A stretch of DNA of 64,000 nucleotides from Octopus vulgaris (taxonomy: Eukaryota): NCBI GenBank assembly GCA_951406725.2, contig OX597816.1, positions 85,188,001-85,252,000 on the forward strand, given 5' to 3'. How positions within the stretch are numbered: position 1 is the first letter of the stretch; each line of letters begins with the position of its first letter. A model generated the notes under the pieces. It was not told the origin of the DNA and ran no database searches. It saw only the letters and a program-made list of their open reading frames with translations. The position numbers were made by a program, and so were the translations under genes. Below, in pieces: positions 43,085-57,890 of the stretch.

Positions 43085-43222
43085 TTATTTATATTATTTG
43101 CAATCTTTATATTCGGCGGATATTTGTCCTCATATTGTTTGTTATTAACACAGCGTTTCGGCTGATACACCCTTCAGCCTTCTTCAGGTTTGTTGGGGAA
43201 ATTTCGAACCTGGGTTCTCATT
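43085..43222 (-). mobile_element. Second copy of the hammerhead-bearing tail of the 33913-34294 element
   Basis: Minus strand: TGAGAACCCAGGTTCGAAATTTCCCCAACAAAC-CTGAAGA-A-GGCTG..CAGCC-GAAAC-GCT-GTGT...GAGGACAAATATCC; aligns with 34168-34290. Confidence 0.9.
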
Positions 43223-44038
43223 TTTACAGATATATACAGTGAGTGAGGTGGGGGAGGGAGAGAGAGAGAGACAGAGCAGATATGGGTCTAATCATTTGAT
43301 TTCCAATCTTGTTTTGAAACTAAAGCTGTTTCATTACAGTATATTCGCATGCATCTACACCACATTACACTAAGTCGACGGTGACCATGATCAGGTCGTT
43401 CGTATACAGTGAAACCTTGTGATATTAAATACTACATAATATTTTATGAAATACAGGAAAATTGGATCTAACTGTGTTTATGTACCTTAAAACACTATGG
43501 CGATACTACTTTAACGTACGTTCCTTATACAGATAGAAAGAGGGGGAGGAGGGAGAGAGAGAGTAGAATGAGAAAGCGAAATGCTGTACAAAGCAACATC
43601 AATCAGCTCTATATTGCAAAGGAAATAGACAAAATGTGGTCGGTATTAGTCATTAAAATAACTAACAGATACCAGTTTTGTACATTACAAACATGTAAAT
43701 GCAAAGAATTATGTATCATACTTCATAAACATGGACATCTGTATAATCATCTGTATATAGTTGTGAGGTATATGTATATGTATGAATGTATATTTTATAT
43801 GTCCATATATATGTATGTATATATATATATGTGTGTGTGTGTGTGTATGTATATGTGTATATATACACACACAGATATATATGTTCGTGTGTGTATCTAT
43901 GTATGTGTATGAAATATACACGCACACACATATTGATATATATATATATATATATATATAAATGTATATGCATGTATGAATGTATGTATGTATATATGTA
44001 TGAATATTTGTCTCTCACTCTCTTTCTCTCTCTGTACA

Positions 44039-44091
<53 letters not shown>

Positions 44092-44809
44092 CCATATACA
44101 TACGTATATAAATGTATGTATATATATAGATAGACATGTGTATTATACATTTAAAAAATATATACGCATATATATAGATATATCATGTTCTGATGTACGT
44201 TAGGTTTTATATATGTACACACATACACACGCACACACACACACACACGCACACACATACACATGTACATAAACACATATGAATATACGTAGCTATTTAT
44301 TCAATGTAATCAAACATAGGTGTAAGGTTTTCTCTTCGTCTGTATATGAAACATTTTATTCACTTTTTCAAAAGACAATTCTCTTTGATTTGATATTGCT
44401 GAAAATAAGATACCATAGACAGAATATGTAATGTCAAACGAATACGTTTGAATCATCGTACTTTCATTTAACTTTATGTCTGAAGCAATTGCAGCGTCAT
44501 ATTTAGTGCAAATCTTACATACATCAAATCGTATCCATTGTTTGATCTATACAAATTTTTCACATTTGCATTCCTGCTGTTTGGGCAGTTAACTACAGAT
44601 TTTGCATTACGGTATATTACCGCTATAGCTGTTTTATTTTACTTCACTTTTTTGTTCTATAATACCAAGATATTGAGACATAATATCCATGACAAAAAAA
44701 TAGTTGTTTCAAAATACCAGAAATCAGAATATATACTTTTGTCATTACTCTTCCGTTTTGTGTAGAAACATTGCAACATCTCTGGATGTTGATTGCGATA
44801 TATATCTAG

Positions 44810-44998
44810 TCAATCCAAACAAGAACCAGCAAGAAAAGCCAACAAAGCTAGGACGTGGAAGTATGTGTTATTGGACGTTGAGGAAAGGAAGGAAAAGAAA
44901 GAGGACTTCATGTTTCGAGCGGCTCTTCATCAGAAATATAGAAACAGTCCAAAGAAGGGAAGACGGAGGAACAAAATCGCCAACAATACACGCACACG
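44810..44998 (-). mobile_element. PLE terminal fragment with hammerhead motif (~44906-44936)
   Basis: Minus strand: TTT-CTGATGA-A-GAGC-C-GCTC-GAAAC-ATG-AAG (triplet decayed). Confidence 0.65.
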
Positions 44999-45025
44999 CA
45001 CGCACACACACACATACACACACAC

Positions 45026-45062
<37 letters not shown>

Positions 45063-45192
45063 AACACTGATACAAAGACATACACATGATTACATATACA
45101 TATACATACATACACACACACACACATATATAAACATTGATACAAAGACATACACATGTATACATATACATATACATACATACACACACTCA

Positions 45193-45253
<61 letters not shown>

Positions 45254-45257
45254 CATA

Positions 45258-45420
45258 TGACAGATTCTTTCAGTTTCCGTCAGCTAAAATCCACTTACAA
45301 GTCTTTGGTTGACTCGAGGCTACAGCAAAAGTCACTTGCCCAAGATGCCACGAAGTGGGACTGAACCTTGAACCATGTTGTTGGAGAGTAAGTGTCTTAC
45401 AAGGCCATCTGCAGCCATGC
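45258..45420 (-). mobile_element. SINE family A, 5' half
   Basis: Reverse complement aligns with 59212-59378. Confidence 0.85.
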
Positions 45421-45706
45421 TACCGCACCACTCTGAAGAATTTCACTACAACAAATCAACTCCAATGCTTATTTTCAGTAAGCATTGTTCTTATGTCATC
45501 ACCTTCTTAGATCGAGCCGCTAAGTCACGGCTATGTAAGTACACCTTCACCGGTTGTAGGGAGGTAGTGGGGGACAAACAGAGATAAATGCATATGTGAA
45601 TATAAGCCATTCACACACACACATATACATACAACAAGTTTCTTTCAGTTTCTATCTATCAAGTCAACTCACAAGAACACTTGCTAATTGCTGGTATTGA
45701 TCCCAG

Positions 45707-45803
45707 TACCAGTTACCCATTGGGGTCGATAATCGACTTAATCCGTTTGTCAGTTCTTGTTTGTCCCCTCTGTGTTTAGCCCCTTTTGGGTAGTAAAGAA
45801 ACA
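45707..45803 (+). mobile_element. SINE family B 3' fragment (long tail) with a 14-bp TSD, nested in an older minus-strand SINE A
   Basis: GGTATTGATCCCAG occurs at 45693-45706 and 45804-45817. The insert aligns with the 3' part of 32909-33142. Confidence 0.9.
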
Positions 45804-46084
45804 GGTATTGATCCCAGAATAATGAATTTGAGGAGAAAACGTCTTACCACAAAGCCACCAATTAATTGCTGGCATGGACGCAGTGTTTCGATTTGCAGCC
45901 ATAACACTGTACCAAGTATTTTAATGTTTTGGACACCTATATTATTCCTACCTTATGTTTGCAGTGGGGTGCATTTACTTCTAGGTATATCTCCGCAGAT
46001 TTATTACAGAATTCGGAGCACCGCTGCTAGTTAAGACGTTTCGTAATTGAATACGTCTATGTACGTCTCATACACAATATATAA

Positions 46085-46270
46085 CTTGTTTCAGTCACTA
46101 AACTGCGGTGATGCTGGGTCGCTACCTTGAAGAATTAAAGTTGAAGGAATCAAAACCGGAGCATGATTTTTTAAATCCTGTTACTTCTTCTATTACCTTT
46201 GTGGCGAACAGCTAGATCACGGGTACGTAATCACACCACTATTGGTTCTCAAGCGGTGCTGGGGGACAAG
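46085..46270 (-). mobile_element. SINE family A, old degenerate 3' half
   Basis: ACTTGTTTCAGTCA...CTGCGG..ATGCTGG and CAAGCGGTGCTGGGGGACAA match the reverse complement of the SINE A tail. Confidence 0.7.
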
Positions 46271-46472
46271 TAATATGATTGTGAATGGTCGATGGATTAG
46301 ATATGGTATAGGTGAAAGAGTAATAAATCAATATGTATATGCGGACATTACCTATTTTCCCTTGTTCGGTCGTGTTGTTTACATAGAAACGCCGTAACTT
46401 GCTGTGCAGGCTCAGAGTTCCATAGGTATTTTATAGAGATAAACTCATGTATGTGTATACATAAATATATAT

Positions 46473-46577
<105 letters not shown>

Positions 46578-46803
46578 AGTATGTATATATCTATGTGTGT
46601 ATTTGCCTGTGTGCATATATATATATGTATGTGTATGTGTGTGTGTGTATGTATGCTATTAGAATTTCCAAGCCTCTCGATCAAAGATCTTCAGCTGGGA
46701 GAAAGACCTGTAGATTTTATCAGACGATTCATTACCTTGCGCATAATATATGAATCACAGATAAAATGTGAGATAAAGAGAATTTGAGACGGGAAGAGAG
46801 AGA

Positions 46804-46844
<41 letters not shown>

Positions 46845-47246
46845 AAAAAGGAGAGAGTAAGTAAGAAGGAGACAGGGACAAATTTGGATGAGAGCAGGGC
46901 GTATTCAATGCTTGATTATTACTTTATTTTATCTGTCAAGGAAGGATGCGAGTAAAATCAAACGCGGCACAATTTAGACTTTCAGATCCTAAAGAGGTAG
47001 ATCCTAAAGAAGTAGAACAATCTAATTGATGCTCTAAAGACCCTGGTAATTTACCGGTGCTATATGTAACCTAATGACCAAATAATTTTAATTTGAAAAC
47101 AAAAATAACTTATAAATAAGACATATAACATATCTGCACACAAAATGCACTTTAAATCCTCATTCACAAAAATACTCATTTACATACATGCACGCACATT
47201 CAAACACACATACCACACATATATGTGTGTGTGTGCATTACATGCC

Positions 47247-47273
<27 letters not shown>

Positions 47274-47277
<4 letters not shown>

Positions 47278-47450
47278 GGGTGGGTGATCCCTGCTGTAAT
47301 CTTTCACCACTCTTTCTCCCACTCTTTCTTCTGTTGGCCTGCTCGCTTAGCCAGCGGGGTGGCATCATTCAAAGGTTAAAACAATGTGAACGCATTGTGA
47401 CCAGCGATGTGTAACAACATCTGATGGTCTGGTCGGTCACGTGACGTGAT
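47274..47450 (+). mobile_element. Short GC-richer insert in (TA)n, probable SINE 3' fragment of a fourth family
   Basis: Sharp boundaries within (TA)n and a terminal hairpin TGACCAG..ATGT...ACAT...CTGGTC. Single copy in the window. Confidence 0.4.
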
Positions 47451-48039
47451 ATATATATATATATATACATACATAAATACATATATCTATGCATATATAC
47501 ATCTATATATATAAATATTTGACATTGGCGATTCTTTCTTTTCTTGCGATTCACGGTCAAACGGTTGGGTGGAATTGCGCGAAAAATTACACAGATGTGT
47601 AGAATGATCCGTTCGTGATGCTGGGCTTTGTATTTTTCATAGCTCCCATGGTTACCGAGATAATCTACTATAATAATACTCTTGTGTTTATGAATGAGAA
47701 AGGGAGGGGTGATACATGAATAAGGAAGGAAGGGGTGATGTCATACTTGGTAGTGTACGCTGAACTTAATAAATCAAAGTGCGTTTCAACTCTACAAGAA
47801 TTTGTGTGTGTATGAAAAAGGGTGGTATATGAATGTGTGTGCATGCGCGCGGGCGCGTGTGTGCATGCAATGGAAGTGGGATGGTTCATCTTTGTTCGCT
47901 TAGTACTTGGGTTTCTTTTTTTGATTTGGTTGAATCTTGGTTGGTTTTACTTGTATATATACATATACATATATATAATTTTAATCCAAACGGGAAACAA
48001 AAAAACAACAACAATGGAACAATTACAGTATTATTATTA

Positions 48040-48270
48040 ATAGGCGCTCAGGAAATGGAAGCAGGGAGGTATGACGTTTCGAGCGGAGCTCTTCGTCGGA
48101 AACATAAAGAAGGAAGAGAGAGGAAAGAAAGATCCCGGAGCGGGCAACGGAGATAGAGAAAAAAACGACTGGTGTTAGGAGTAGCACATGGTGAAAGGCG
48201 GATGTTTACGATAACAAGAGCAAAGTGGGTTTTTAAAGGCAAAAGAGTGGAGACAAGGTTGGTAACGCAA
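48040..48270 (-). mobile_element. PLE 3' terminal region with a hammerhead-like motif (U4C variant, 48069-48103)
   Basis: Minus strand: GTTT-CCGACGA-A-GAGC-TCC-GCTC-GAAAC-GTC-ATAC; related to 44906-44936. Confidence 0.65.
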
Positions 48271-48274
48271 CAGA

Positions 48275-50910
48275 TGTGTGTGTATGTGTGAGTGTGTGCG
48301 TGTGCGTGTGTGTATGTGTGTGCGTGAGGCGAGGTAAAAAAAACAAAAAATATATGTATGTGTTAGTGTGTGCGTCTGTGTGTAGGCGTGTGAGGTAGGG
48401 CGAGACGGTGGTCAGCATAGCAGCAGCATAGCAGACAAAAGTCAGTAGTGAGAAATGGGAGGAAGGAGGAAGGGAGGGAGGGGAAGGGGTGGGGGCGTAT
48501 GTAGCGTGCCAGCGTGTGTTGAGTAGTAGTGTGTGTGTGTGTGCAGTGTCGTGGTAGTATTAGTGGCGAGTAGATTGAATGTGTGTAAGAGTAATGTATA
48601 TGTTTAAGCAATGTGTGCGCGTGTGTGTAACGAAAAAAAAAAGGGGGGGGGGTTAGAAAAAAGACTCCAGCGGAGGGGAAGATGGAAGAGTGGTCCCGCG
48701 GAGACGGGCGTGGGAAAACCCAACGACAAGCGACATCCCAGGAACGGGCGGGAGGTCTCGTCGGGTCCAAGGGCGAGGTGCATGCGGCGCGCATGCGTGC
48801 GCGAACCGGCGCAAGCGCGTGTGTGCGCGCGCCTGCGAGTGTGCGCGTACGTATGTGTGTGTGTGAATGTGTGAGTGTGTCTGTGTGTATGTCTGGGTGG
48901 CAGTGTGTCCGATGAATGTATGTGAGTATGTGTGTATATATGTGTGTGCATAGATGTATGTCCGTGTGTGTGTGTATGTGTATGAGTGTGTATGTATGTA
49001 CGTGTGGGTGTGGGGAAGTGTGTGTATGTGCATGTGTGTGCGCGAACATACAGGTGTGTGAGTGAGTGCGTGTGTGTGTATGTATGTGTGAGTGTGTATG
49101 TATGTGTGTGTAGGATGCATGTATGTGTATGGGTGTATGTATGCGTGTGTGTATGTGTGTATGTGTACGTGCGTGTGTGTGTGTGTATGCGTGTAGGTGT
49201 GCGCGTGTGCATGCGTGCATGTATGTGCGTATGTGTGTGTGTGTGCATGTGTGTGGGTATATATGTGTGTGCGTATATGTGTGTGTATGTGTGTACATGT
49301 GTGTGTGTAGGTGTGTAGGCGTGTGTGTATAGGTGTATGTATGTAAGTATGTATGGGTGTGTCCGTGTATGTGTGTATGTATGTGTGTGTATGTATGTGT
49401 GGGCGTGTGTATATGTGTGTGTATGTAGGTGTGTGGGCGTGTGTATATATGTGTATGTATGTATGTCTGGGTGTGTCCGTGCATGTTTGTGTGTGTGTGT
49501 ATGCATGTGTATGTAGGTGTGTGTGTGCGTGTGTAATGTATGCGTGTGTATGCGTGCGTGTGTGTATGTAGGTGCGTGTGTATGTGTGTGGGAGTGTAGG
49601 TGTGTGTGTGCGTGTGCGTGTTTATGTTGGTGTGTGCGTATGTGAGTGTGAGTGTATGGGTGTTTGTCATGCATGTATGTGCGCGTGCAGGTGAGTGTGT
49701 GTGTAAGTATGTGTGTGTGTATGTGTGTGTGAGTGTGTATGTGTGTATGTCTGTGTGTTTGTATGTGCGTATAGGAGTATGTAGGTATGTGTGTGTGTAT
49801 GTATATGGGTGTATGTATGTGTGTGTGTGTGTGTGCATGTGTATAAGTATATGCGTGTGTGCGTATGTGTGTGTATGTGTATGTGTGTGTGTTTTTGTAT
49901 GTGTGTATGTATGTGTGTAGGCGTGAGTGTGTAGATGTATGTATGTATGGGTGTGTGTCAGTGTGTGTTTGTGTGTGTGTGTAGGTAGATGTGTGTGTCT
50001 GAGTGAGGGTATGGCTGTGTAGGTGTGTGTGTGTATGAATGTAAGTGTGTGTGTATACAAGTGTAATGTATGTATGTAGGTGTGTGTGTGTGTGTATGTG
50101 TGCGTGTGTATGTGTGTGTGTGTATGCGTGTGAGTGTGGGTGTATGGGTGTATGTCTGTGTGTGTGTATGTCTGAAGTGGGTATGTGTGTGTATGTATGT
50201 GTGTGTGTGTGCGGGTATGTGTGTGTGTGTATGTGTGTGTGTGAGTAGGTGTGCGTGTATGTATGTGGGTAGGGATGCATGCGAGTGTGTGGGTATGTAT
50301 GCAAACATACGCATGCGCACATCGAAGCAAGCCCACACACACAAGCGCGCTCACGCACACAGCGCACAAGCAGTGCAACGCAAGCCCAAAGGAGCCGACC
50401 GAGCCCCCAGCGCGCGCCAAGGCGCGCGAGCGCAAAGGCCCTCGAACGCCCCGCTACGCGGGAACCGAGGATCCGTCAGCCAAAACCGGAAAGCAGAAAA
50501 GAGGGGGGCTGCCTGGATGCAAAAAGGTGTATGTGTGTGTGCATTCAGTGTACGGGTGTGCATGTGTGGGTATGTATGTATGTATGTGCCTACATGTATG
50601 TGTGCATGTGTGTGTGTGTGAAGTATGTACGTGCGGTGTGTGTGTGTGAGTGTGTGTGTATGTATGTGCGTATGTATGTGTGTGTGTATGTGTGTATGTA
50701 TGTCTGTGTGTGTGTGTGTGTGTGTAAGTATGTATGCGTGTGTGTATGTATGTATGTGTGTGTGTAAGTGTGTGTGATTAAATGTGTGAATGTATGTACG
50801 CAGATGGGTCTACGTATGTGTGTGTGTGAACAGGCGTGTGGGAGGTAGGTGGGTGGGAGGTAGGTGTGTGGGTGGTGTGTCCGAAAAAAAAAAAAAAAAA
50901 AAAAAAACGG
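48275..50910. repeat. Degenerate (GT/AT/GC)-alternating low-complexity block with GC-rich islands; possibly low-quality assembly
   Basis: Aperiodic purine-pyrimidine alternation over more than 2 kb, bounded by A/G homopolymers. Confidence 0.85.
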
Positions 50911-50914
50911 TCTC

Positions 50915-51192
50915 AAGAGGAGGGGGCTGTGTTAAGTCCGTGTGGGGGTGGTAGTTTGTAGGGTGAAGATGTAGCGTTGCTCCAAGTGGAGCCTAGAAAG
51001 TGGGCGACCATTGTAGGGGGCGAGACCAAACACTGAGATGTCATCTCGGGAATGGCCGGCCGAGCGGAAGTGGCGTGCGACGGGAGAAAAAGAGTGTAGC
51101 GAACGTCCCTCAAGTGTTCAGTGAAACGGTCGGACAACCGGCGTCCCGTCTGACCTACATACAGCATCCCGCATAGGTTGCATTTAATGCAG

Positions 51193-51197
<5 letters not shown>
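50915..51197 (-). mobile_element. PLE GIY-YIG endonuclease fragment
   Basis: Minus translation IYCIKCNLCGMLYVGQTGRRLSDRFTEHLRD...; it ends PHGLN. Confidence 0.9.
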
Positions 51198-51241
<44 letters not shown>

Positions 51242-51447
51242 ATATATATATGTGTGTGTGTGTGTGTGCATTACTATCTTAGATATATGATGTTCCTTGA
51301 GTGCACAGTTAAATGTGTTTATTACTGAAAATTGTATAAACTGCATCTTGTATTTTATCAAACTCTTTTCAATATCACACACACACGCATGCACATACAC
51401 CCACCCACTCACACATACATACATACATACATACATACATACATACA

Positions 51448-51501
<54 letters not shown>

Positions 51502-51506
<5 letters not shown>

Positions 51507-51635
51507 AGAATTCACAAAAGAAACAAAGACGAAGACAACAAACAGATGTATTAGTTTAACGCTCGGGAAGTGAAAAAGTCTTTAAAGTTTCGAGCCAACG
51601 CTCTTCCACGGAAACAGGGAGAGAAAATATAGAAT
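51502..51635 (-). mobile_element. PLE terminal fragment with a divergent hammerhead-like motif
   Basis: Minus strand: GTTT-CCGTGGA-A-GAGC-GTTG-GCTC-GAAAC-TTT-AAAG, adjacent to (TA)n. Confidence 0.5.
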
Positions 51636-52663
51636 GTGTAGCTGCTAGCGATATATATGTACAGCTGTTATGAAGCCACTTGTATATAAACCTAATCAAC
51701 GCACAAATTTGTAATTCGTTTATACCTAGTAAAACAAATATCACTGAATGTTAATACCAGACGTGGCGTACAGACCGGATATTCGCGAAGCCAAACGATC
51801 TCTAAAGAATTCATGAGAGAATCGGGGAAGAATAAAAATTCAACAAACAGTAATTCAAAATATACAGAAAATAAGTAATTTAATTACTACAAACATTTGT
51901 ATGTTATGACTAGTAATCTAATGTTTGCTTATATATAATTTAACAAAATAAACACCAAGAGACCCACGTGTGCTGGGCCAAAAGTTTAGAATTCTATTTT
52001 TGAATTCTGTTTATATTTATGAACAGCAAAATAATTTACCAACCATCTGAAAAAGACAATTTCTTACCTTTTACAAGGAATAGCATATACGTCGTTTGCA
52101 TTAGATATAGTTGTTGTTGTCTTACGCATGTTTCCCTCTACGTTAACTGCCCTAGCTTTCTTTATTTTGCTTTTTTCTTCCAGTTCTATTTTTTGCATTA
52201 AACTTTCAATTTTTTTTCTTCATTTTAACACTGCCCAGGTTCATTGTTTTTAATGTATATATAACGAAAACCAAAGCCTGAAATATTGCTTAGAAGCACA
52301 TGCATAAAGTATTATAACAGAATGAAACTATTAGCAACTGTTTCGATTGTGTATTAAACCGATATTTATCTCTTACTTGATTGAAGTAAATTTTTTATCG
52401 ATTTTCCCCTATATATATATATATATAATTTTTTTATCCATTTTCCCCTTCGAACTAGATACTTCAATGTCAGTCCATATGTTTTGTTATATATAACACA
52501 AGTTTAGCAGGACTTCTAATTTTAGTCACGAGATATTAGTATATCAATACCTTAAACCTCACTCTATTTGCGTCTTGCTCCATGAGTAGGTTATATGTCA
52601 TTTCGTGTTAAAACAAGTCTTGTAATTGTAAGAGCATTCTTTATACATCGTCGTGTATGCGCA

Positions 52664-52726
<63 letters not shown>

Positions 52727-52898
52727 AATATGTATATGCATATATACAACATATATGTACATACATACACATATATGTATATATATGCATATATGGGTGC
52801 AGGACGTCACAAAACGTAAACAACATGAAATACGAAGACAAACTTGGGTATGCGAACAACGAGAGAAGCAAAAGGAAAACAAGTAATACAAACAACGA

Positions 52899-53056
52899 CA
52901 AGTGTCTTCTGCTGTAACCTCGGGCCAGCCAAAGCATTGTAAGTCGATTTTGTAGAGGGAAACTGACAGAACCCGTCGTACACACACACATATATATGTG
53001 TGTGTATACATGTATGTATATATATTTATGTATTTGTCTCCGTGTCTATGTTTATT
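52899..53056 (+). mobile_element. SINE family A internal fragment
   Basis: Aligns with the SINE A body; shares private variants with 55037-55176. Confidence 0.85.
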
Positions 53057-53836
53057 CATCACTTCATCACTTCTCGGCTGTCTATCTACTCCTCGGAACC
53101 GTGAAGATGGGTCCTCAATAGCTTATTAGTGGATAAACATTCTTTATTGTTTGGTTAAATATGCTATTGGTTTTCTGAAGAAGATTCGCAGCAGCTACCA
53201 TGCTTTCCACATGGAACGTTGGCATTCTCTTCCCTCTTGCATAAAATTATAACGAAGCTACACGTGACTGTGCGAGATTTTGAAATAAGAAAACAGCTAT
53301 ACAAATCAGTGTCAATAAATATTAATTATCTCAAATTAGTTCTCTCAAAGTTCAATTTACAAATATAAATAAGTTTACTACACTACGGTTGCTAACTTAA
53401 TGATTTTCCTGAAATGTAAGGCAATCAAAAACTCGCTCGGGATTTGAAATCTTTTTATCGGGACATAAAGATGAACAGCAACTTACTATCTTCCACCGCC
53501 TTACCTACGTTTACCACTTTAATGCAACATGACAAACATGTGTATAAATATTTACTTCAGTTTTAATATATCTAAAGTAAATATAAAATATTTTGAATAG
53601 CAATGTTAGACTTAAGCTTCGGATCCAGTGTTTCTTAACGTCTTCTTCATAAGGATAACTTCTGGTATCATATGTTGCAATTATGTTTCCGATGCGACAG
53701 TGAATACTTATGCTGCATAAGCTATTAATTATTTTCTTCTCCAATATTGTAATAGCATTTCAGCTTCAAAGCGCTAGAAAATTTCATTTCTACAGTTTTT
53801 TCATGTTAATATATAGTAATATTATCTATCTATCTA

Positions 53837-53975
<139 letters not shown>

Positions 53976-54977
53976 GCATGCAAACGCACAAAGGCATTTT
54001 TATGCACATGTGCTTACTTATCAGTGTATATGTGTACACACATGCTTGCGATTTGTTTTTATATTACAATTTCAACGAAATCTTTGCCTTTCTAGGATGG
54101 CTTATTGAAGAGACTTGTTCGGAAATTTTGCATAATCATTCTTGGTATTAAATAACACCTTTATCTTTAGTTTTAGTCGAAGACAATGCCATTTCTTTGA
54201 ACTATATGCAGATCTCAACGTATTTGTGATACACTGAAACAGGTACAAAGTAGATATCTTTACACCTATTAATTCAACATCGTTATCACTGGACATTAAG
54301 ATGTTGTGAATATATTCTATTGTTATCTTAAACACCGAAGAACAAGAGTGAATTGCCTTTCAGATCTTTTCATGAAAATTGTCCCTTAATACCCATAGTA
54401 GAATGCCAGAAACATGTATAACACATATAACTATGGAAATCTTTATGGTCTTAAGGAAGACGTCATGTGTTATGACATGTCCTTTCAGTTCCAATAATAG
54501 TAATGGTGATTGTAATAAATATATCAAATAGAGACAAGGCCAAAACTTCCGTGTTACGCGTTCATTAATTTTATAAACTGGTACTTTTTTCTCTTGTGAT
54601 GGACCACGAATGGAAAAATCGATCTCAGTGGTGTTTCGGTTTCATAACTTTAAAATGGTGAAGACATTTCGTCAACAACAGTGAAATTTTACTTCTACTC
54701 ATTGAAATGAAATTTTAAAGAGATTTAGACCAACATCCCAATTGACAAGTGTATTAACTAGTTACTTTTTCAATACGGCCGATCTCAGACTTTATAATAC
54801 AGATGCTAGACAATTGGAAGTACTGCTACAAAAAGAATATGGATTTATGAGATGAATTGATATGAGATTCGGACAAAAATAATGCAGCATAGCAATTTTG
54901 AAGAGAGCAACGTTAATTAGGTGTAGGAATAACATGCTACATAAACATACCGTGGTCGAAGAAGAGTTCATGTAGCT

Positions 54978-55365
54978 ATAGGCATGGTCGTGGTTGTGTG
55001 GTAAGAAGCTTGCTTCTTTGCCACTGGTATTTTGGGCAAGTGTCTTCTGCTGTAACCTCGGGCCAGCCAAAGCATTGTAAGTCGATTATATATATATATA
55101 TATATATATGTGTGCGTGTGTGTGTATACATGTATGTATATATATTTATGTATTTGTCGTTGTGTCTATGTTTATTTTTCCCACCAAACAACAGATACTG
55201 GTGTTTTTGCGTCATCGTAACTTAGCGGTTTGCCAAAGAAGAGTGATAGAATAAGTACTAGGCTTACAAAGAATAAGTCCTGGGTGCGATTTATATGAAT
55301 AAATATCATTTAAGGCGGTTCTCCTGCATGGCCACAATCAAACGACTGAAACAAATAAAAATACA
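54978..55365 (+). mobile_element. SINE family A with internal deletions
   Basis: Head, body and tail align with 59212-59624. Confidence 0.9.
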
Positions 55366-56414
55366 AATAAAACAATAAATCAATAAATAAAAATAGAAAA
55401 TTATATGCAATTACATAAGAGTAAAAAAAATACAGTGTCATTGCACACGAATGAAAGACACGTTCAAAAAATTATACTTTAGAAAATTATATCTTAACAC
55501 CTCAGTATTGTAGCCATTCCCGTAGCACTTTACAGTTGCTATATGCTCAAATGGAGTCTAAGAAACTAGTCTAGACAGAAACACACAATGTTACAATTTA
55601 CAGCATTTAAAATAGACCAAAAATAAAAAAAATATGTAGTGTCTTTCCCATATGCCGATAATTTCCTCCACCGCCTCTGTACACTATGCTTCACAATGTT
55701 CATCGTTTGCATATGCCGATAATTTCCTCCAGCCACAGACTTTGTACACCATGATTCGCACTGTTCCAGTTCCTGGAGAACTAGAAAAAGAGATTCAGTA
55801 AATATAGTTGAGATCAGTAAAGACAAAGCTAGCGTATGAAAGAATCAATTTCGATAGGTAATCATTTAGTTTGGTCACAGATGAGATGCTTCTATATACT
55901 GAGGCACTCCAGGTTCTAAAACTCGGTACGACTAACAACTGCACGGAAAATAAAACACAAAATATCAATGAATTTCCCGAAGAAAGCTTCCGATCGCTGC
56001 AAATTTGATCAAATCTTCACCGACGCCTGTGTACTACCCATCCTTTCTGTGATCTATCTTAGGCTGGTGATTGCCATGGATACTTTATCAGATAAAGAAG
56101 AATCCTGATAGAAAAAGATCATCCGTATATCAAGAGAGAAAAGAGCTTCTAACTGATCATCAAATGTGAACGTCAACGACAAAATGCAATTATCGCGTAA
56201 CTGTTGAAAATGGCTAAAAGAATATTACATCTAAAAAGTCCTAAATGAGGACTACAAAATCAATATCTATTGAACTGAGTTAATGGAGTATGCTGAATTG
56301 TTTCCAGAGAGATATCATCAGATCGGGTGTTAAATTTGTGCTTGTATATATATATATATATATATATATGTTTATATATATGTTTGTATATATATGTATA
56401 TGTATGTATATATA

Positions 56415-57443
<1,029 letters not shown>

Positions 57444-57855
57444 CATATACATCTACGTATGTTCATATACATACGCATATACAATTATAACCGTATTAAA
57501 AACTCATATAGATATTATATCCATATACATCTAATTATATGTATATTTTTCTTGTATGCATATATACATATGTGTGTGTGTATGTATGTGTGAGTATGTG
57601 ATTGTGTAAGTGTGTGTGTATGTGAGAAGTATAAAACATAGACATTAAGACGAATAACATTTGAAGAACGATATTTGACCTGTAAATTCTTGGCTTAACG
57701 TTTTAATTCAGGATGTCATTAATATTTTGGGCTTTAGACCTTTATGAGAATTGAGAAAGACAGAAGCTAAAATTTATGATAGAGGGAAATCTTCAGCAAA
57801 AATATAAATGAAGAAAGGTTTAGAAAATAATTTTTACTCTGGATATATGAATGCA

Positions 57856-57890
<35 letters not shown>

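Noticed and set aside
48363-50435. 690-aa and 587-aa His/Thr-rich ORFs as real genes
   Set aside because: They translate degenerate (CA)n-like sequence, which lacks stops in several frames. There is no domain structure, and the assembly quality is suspect.
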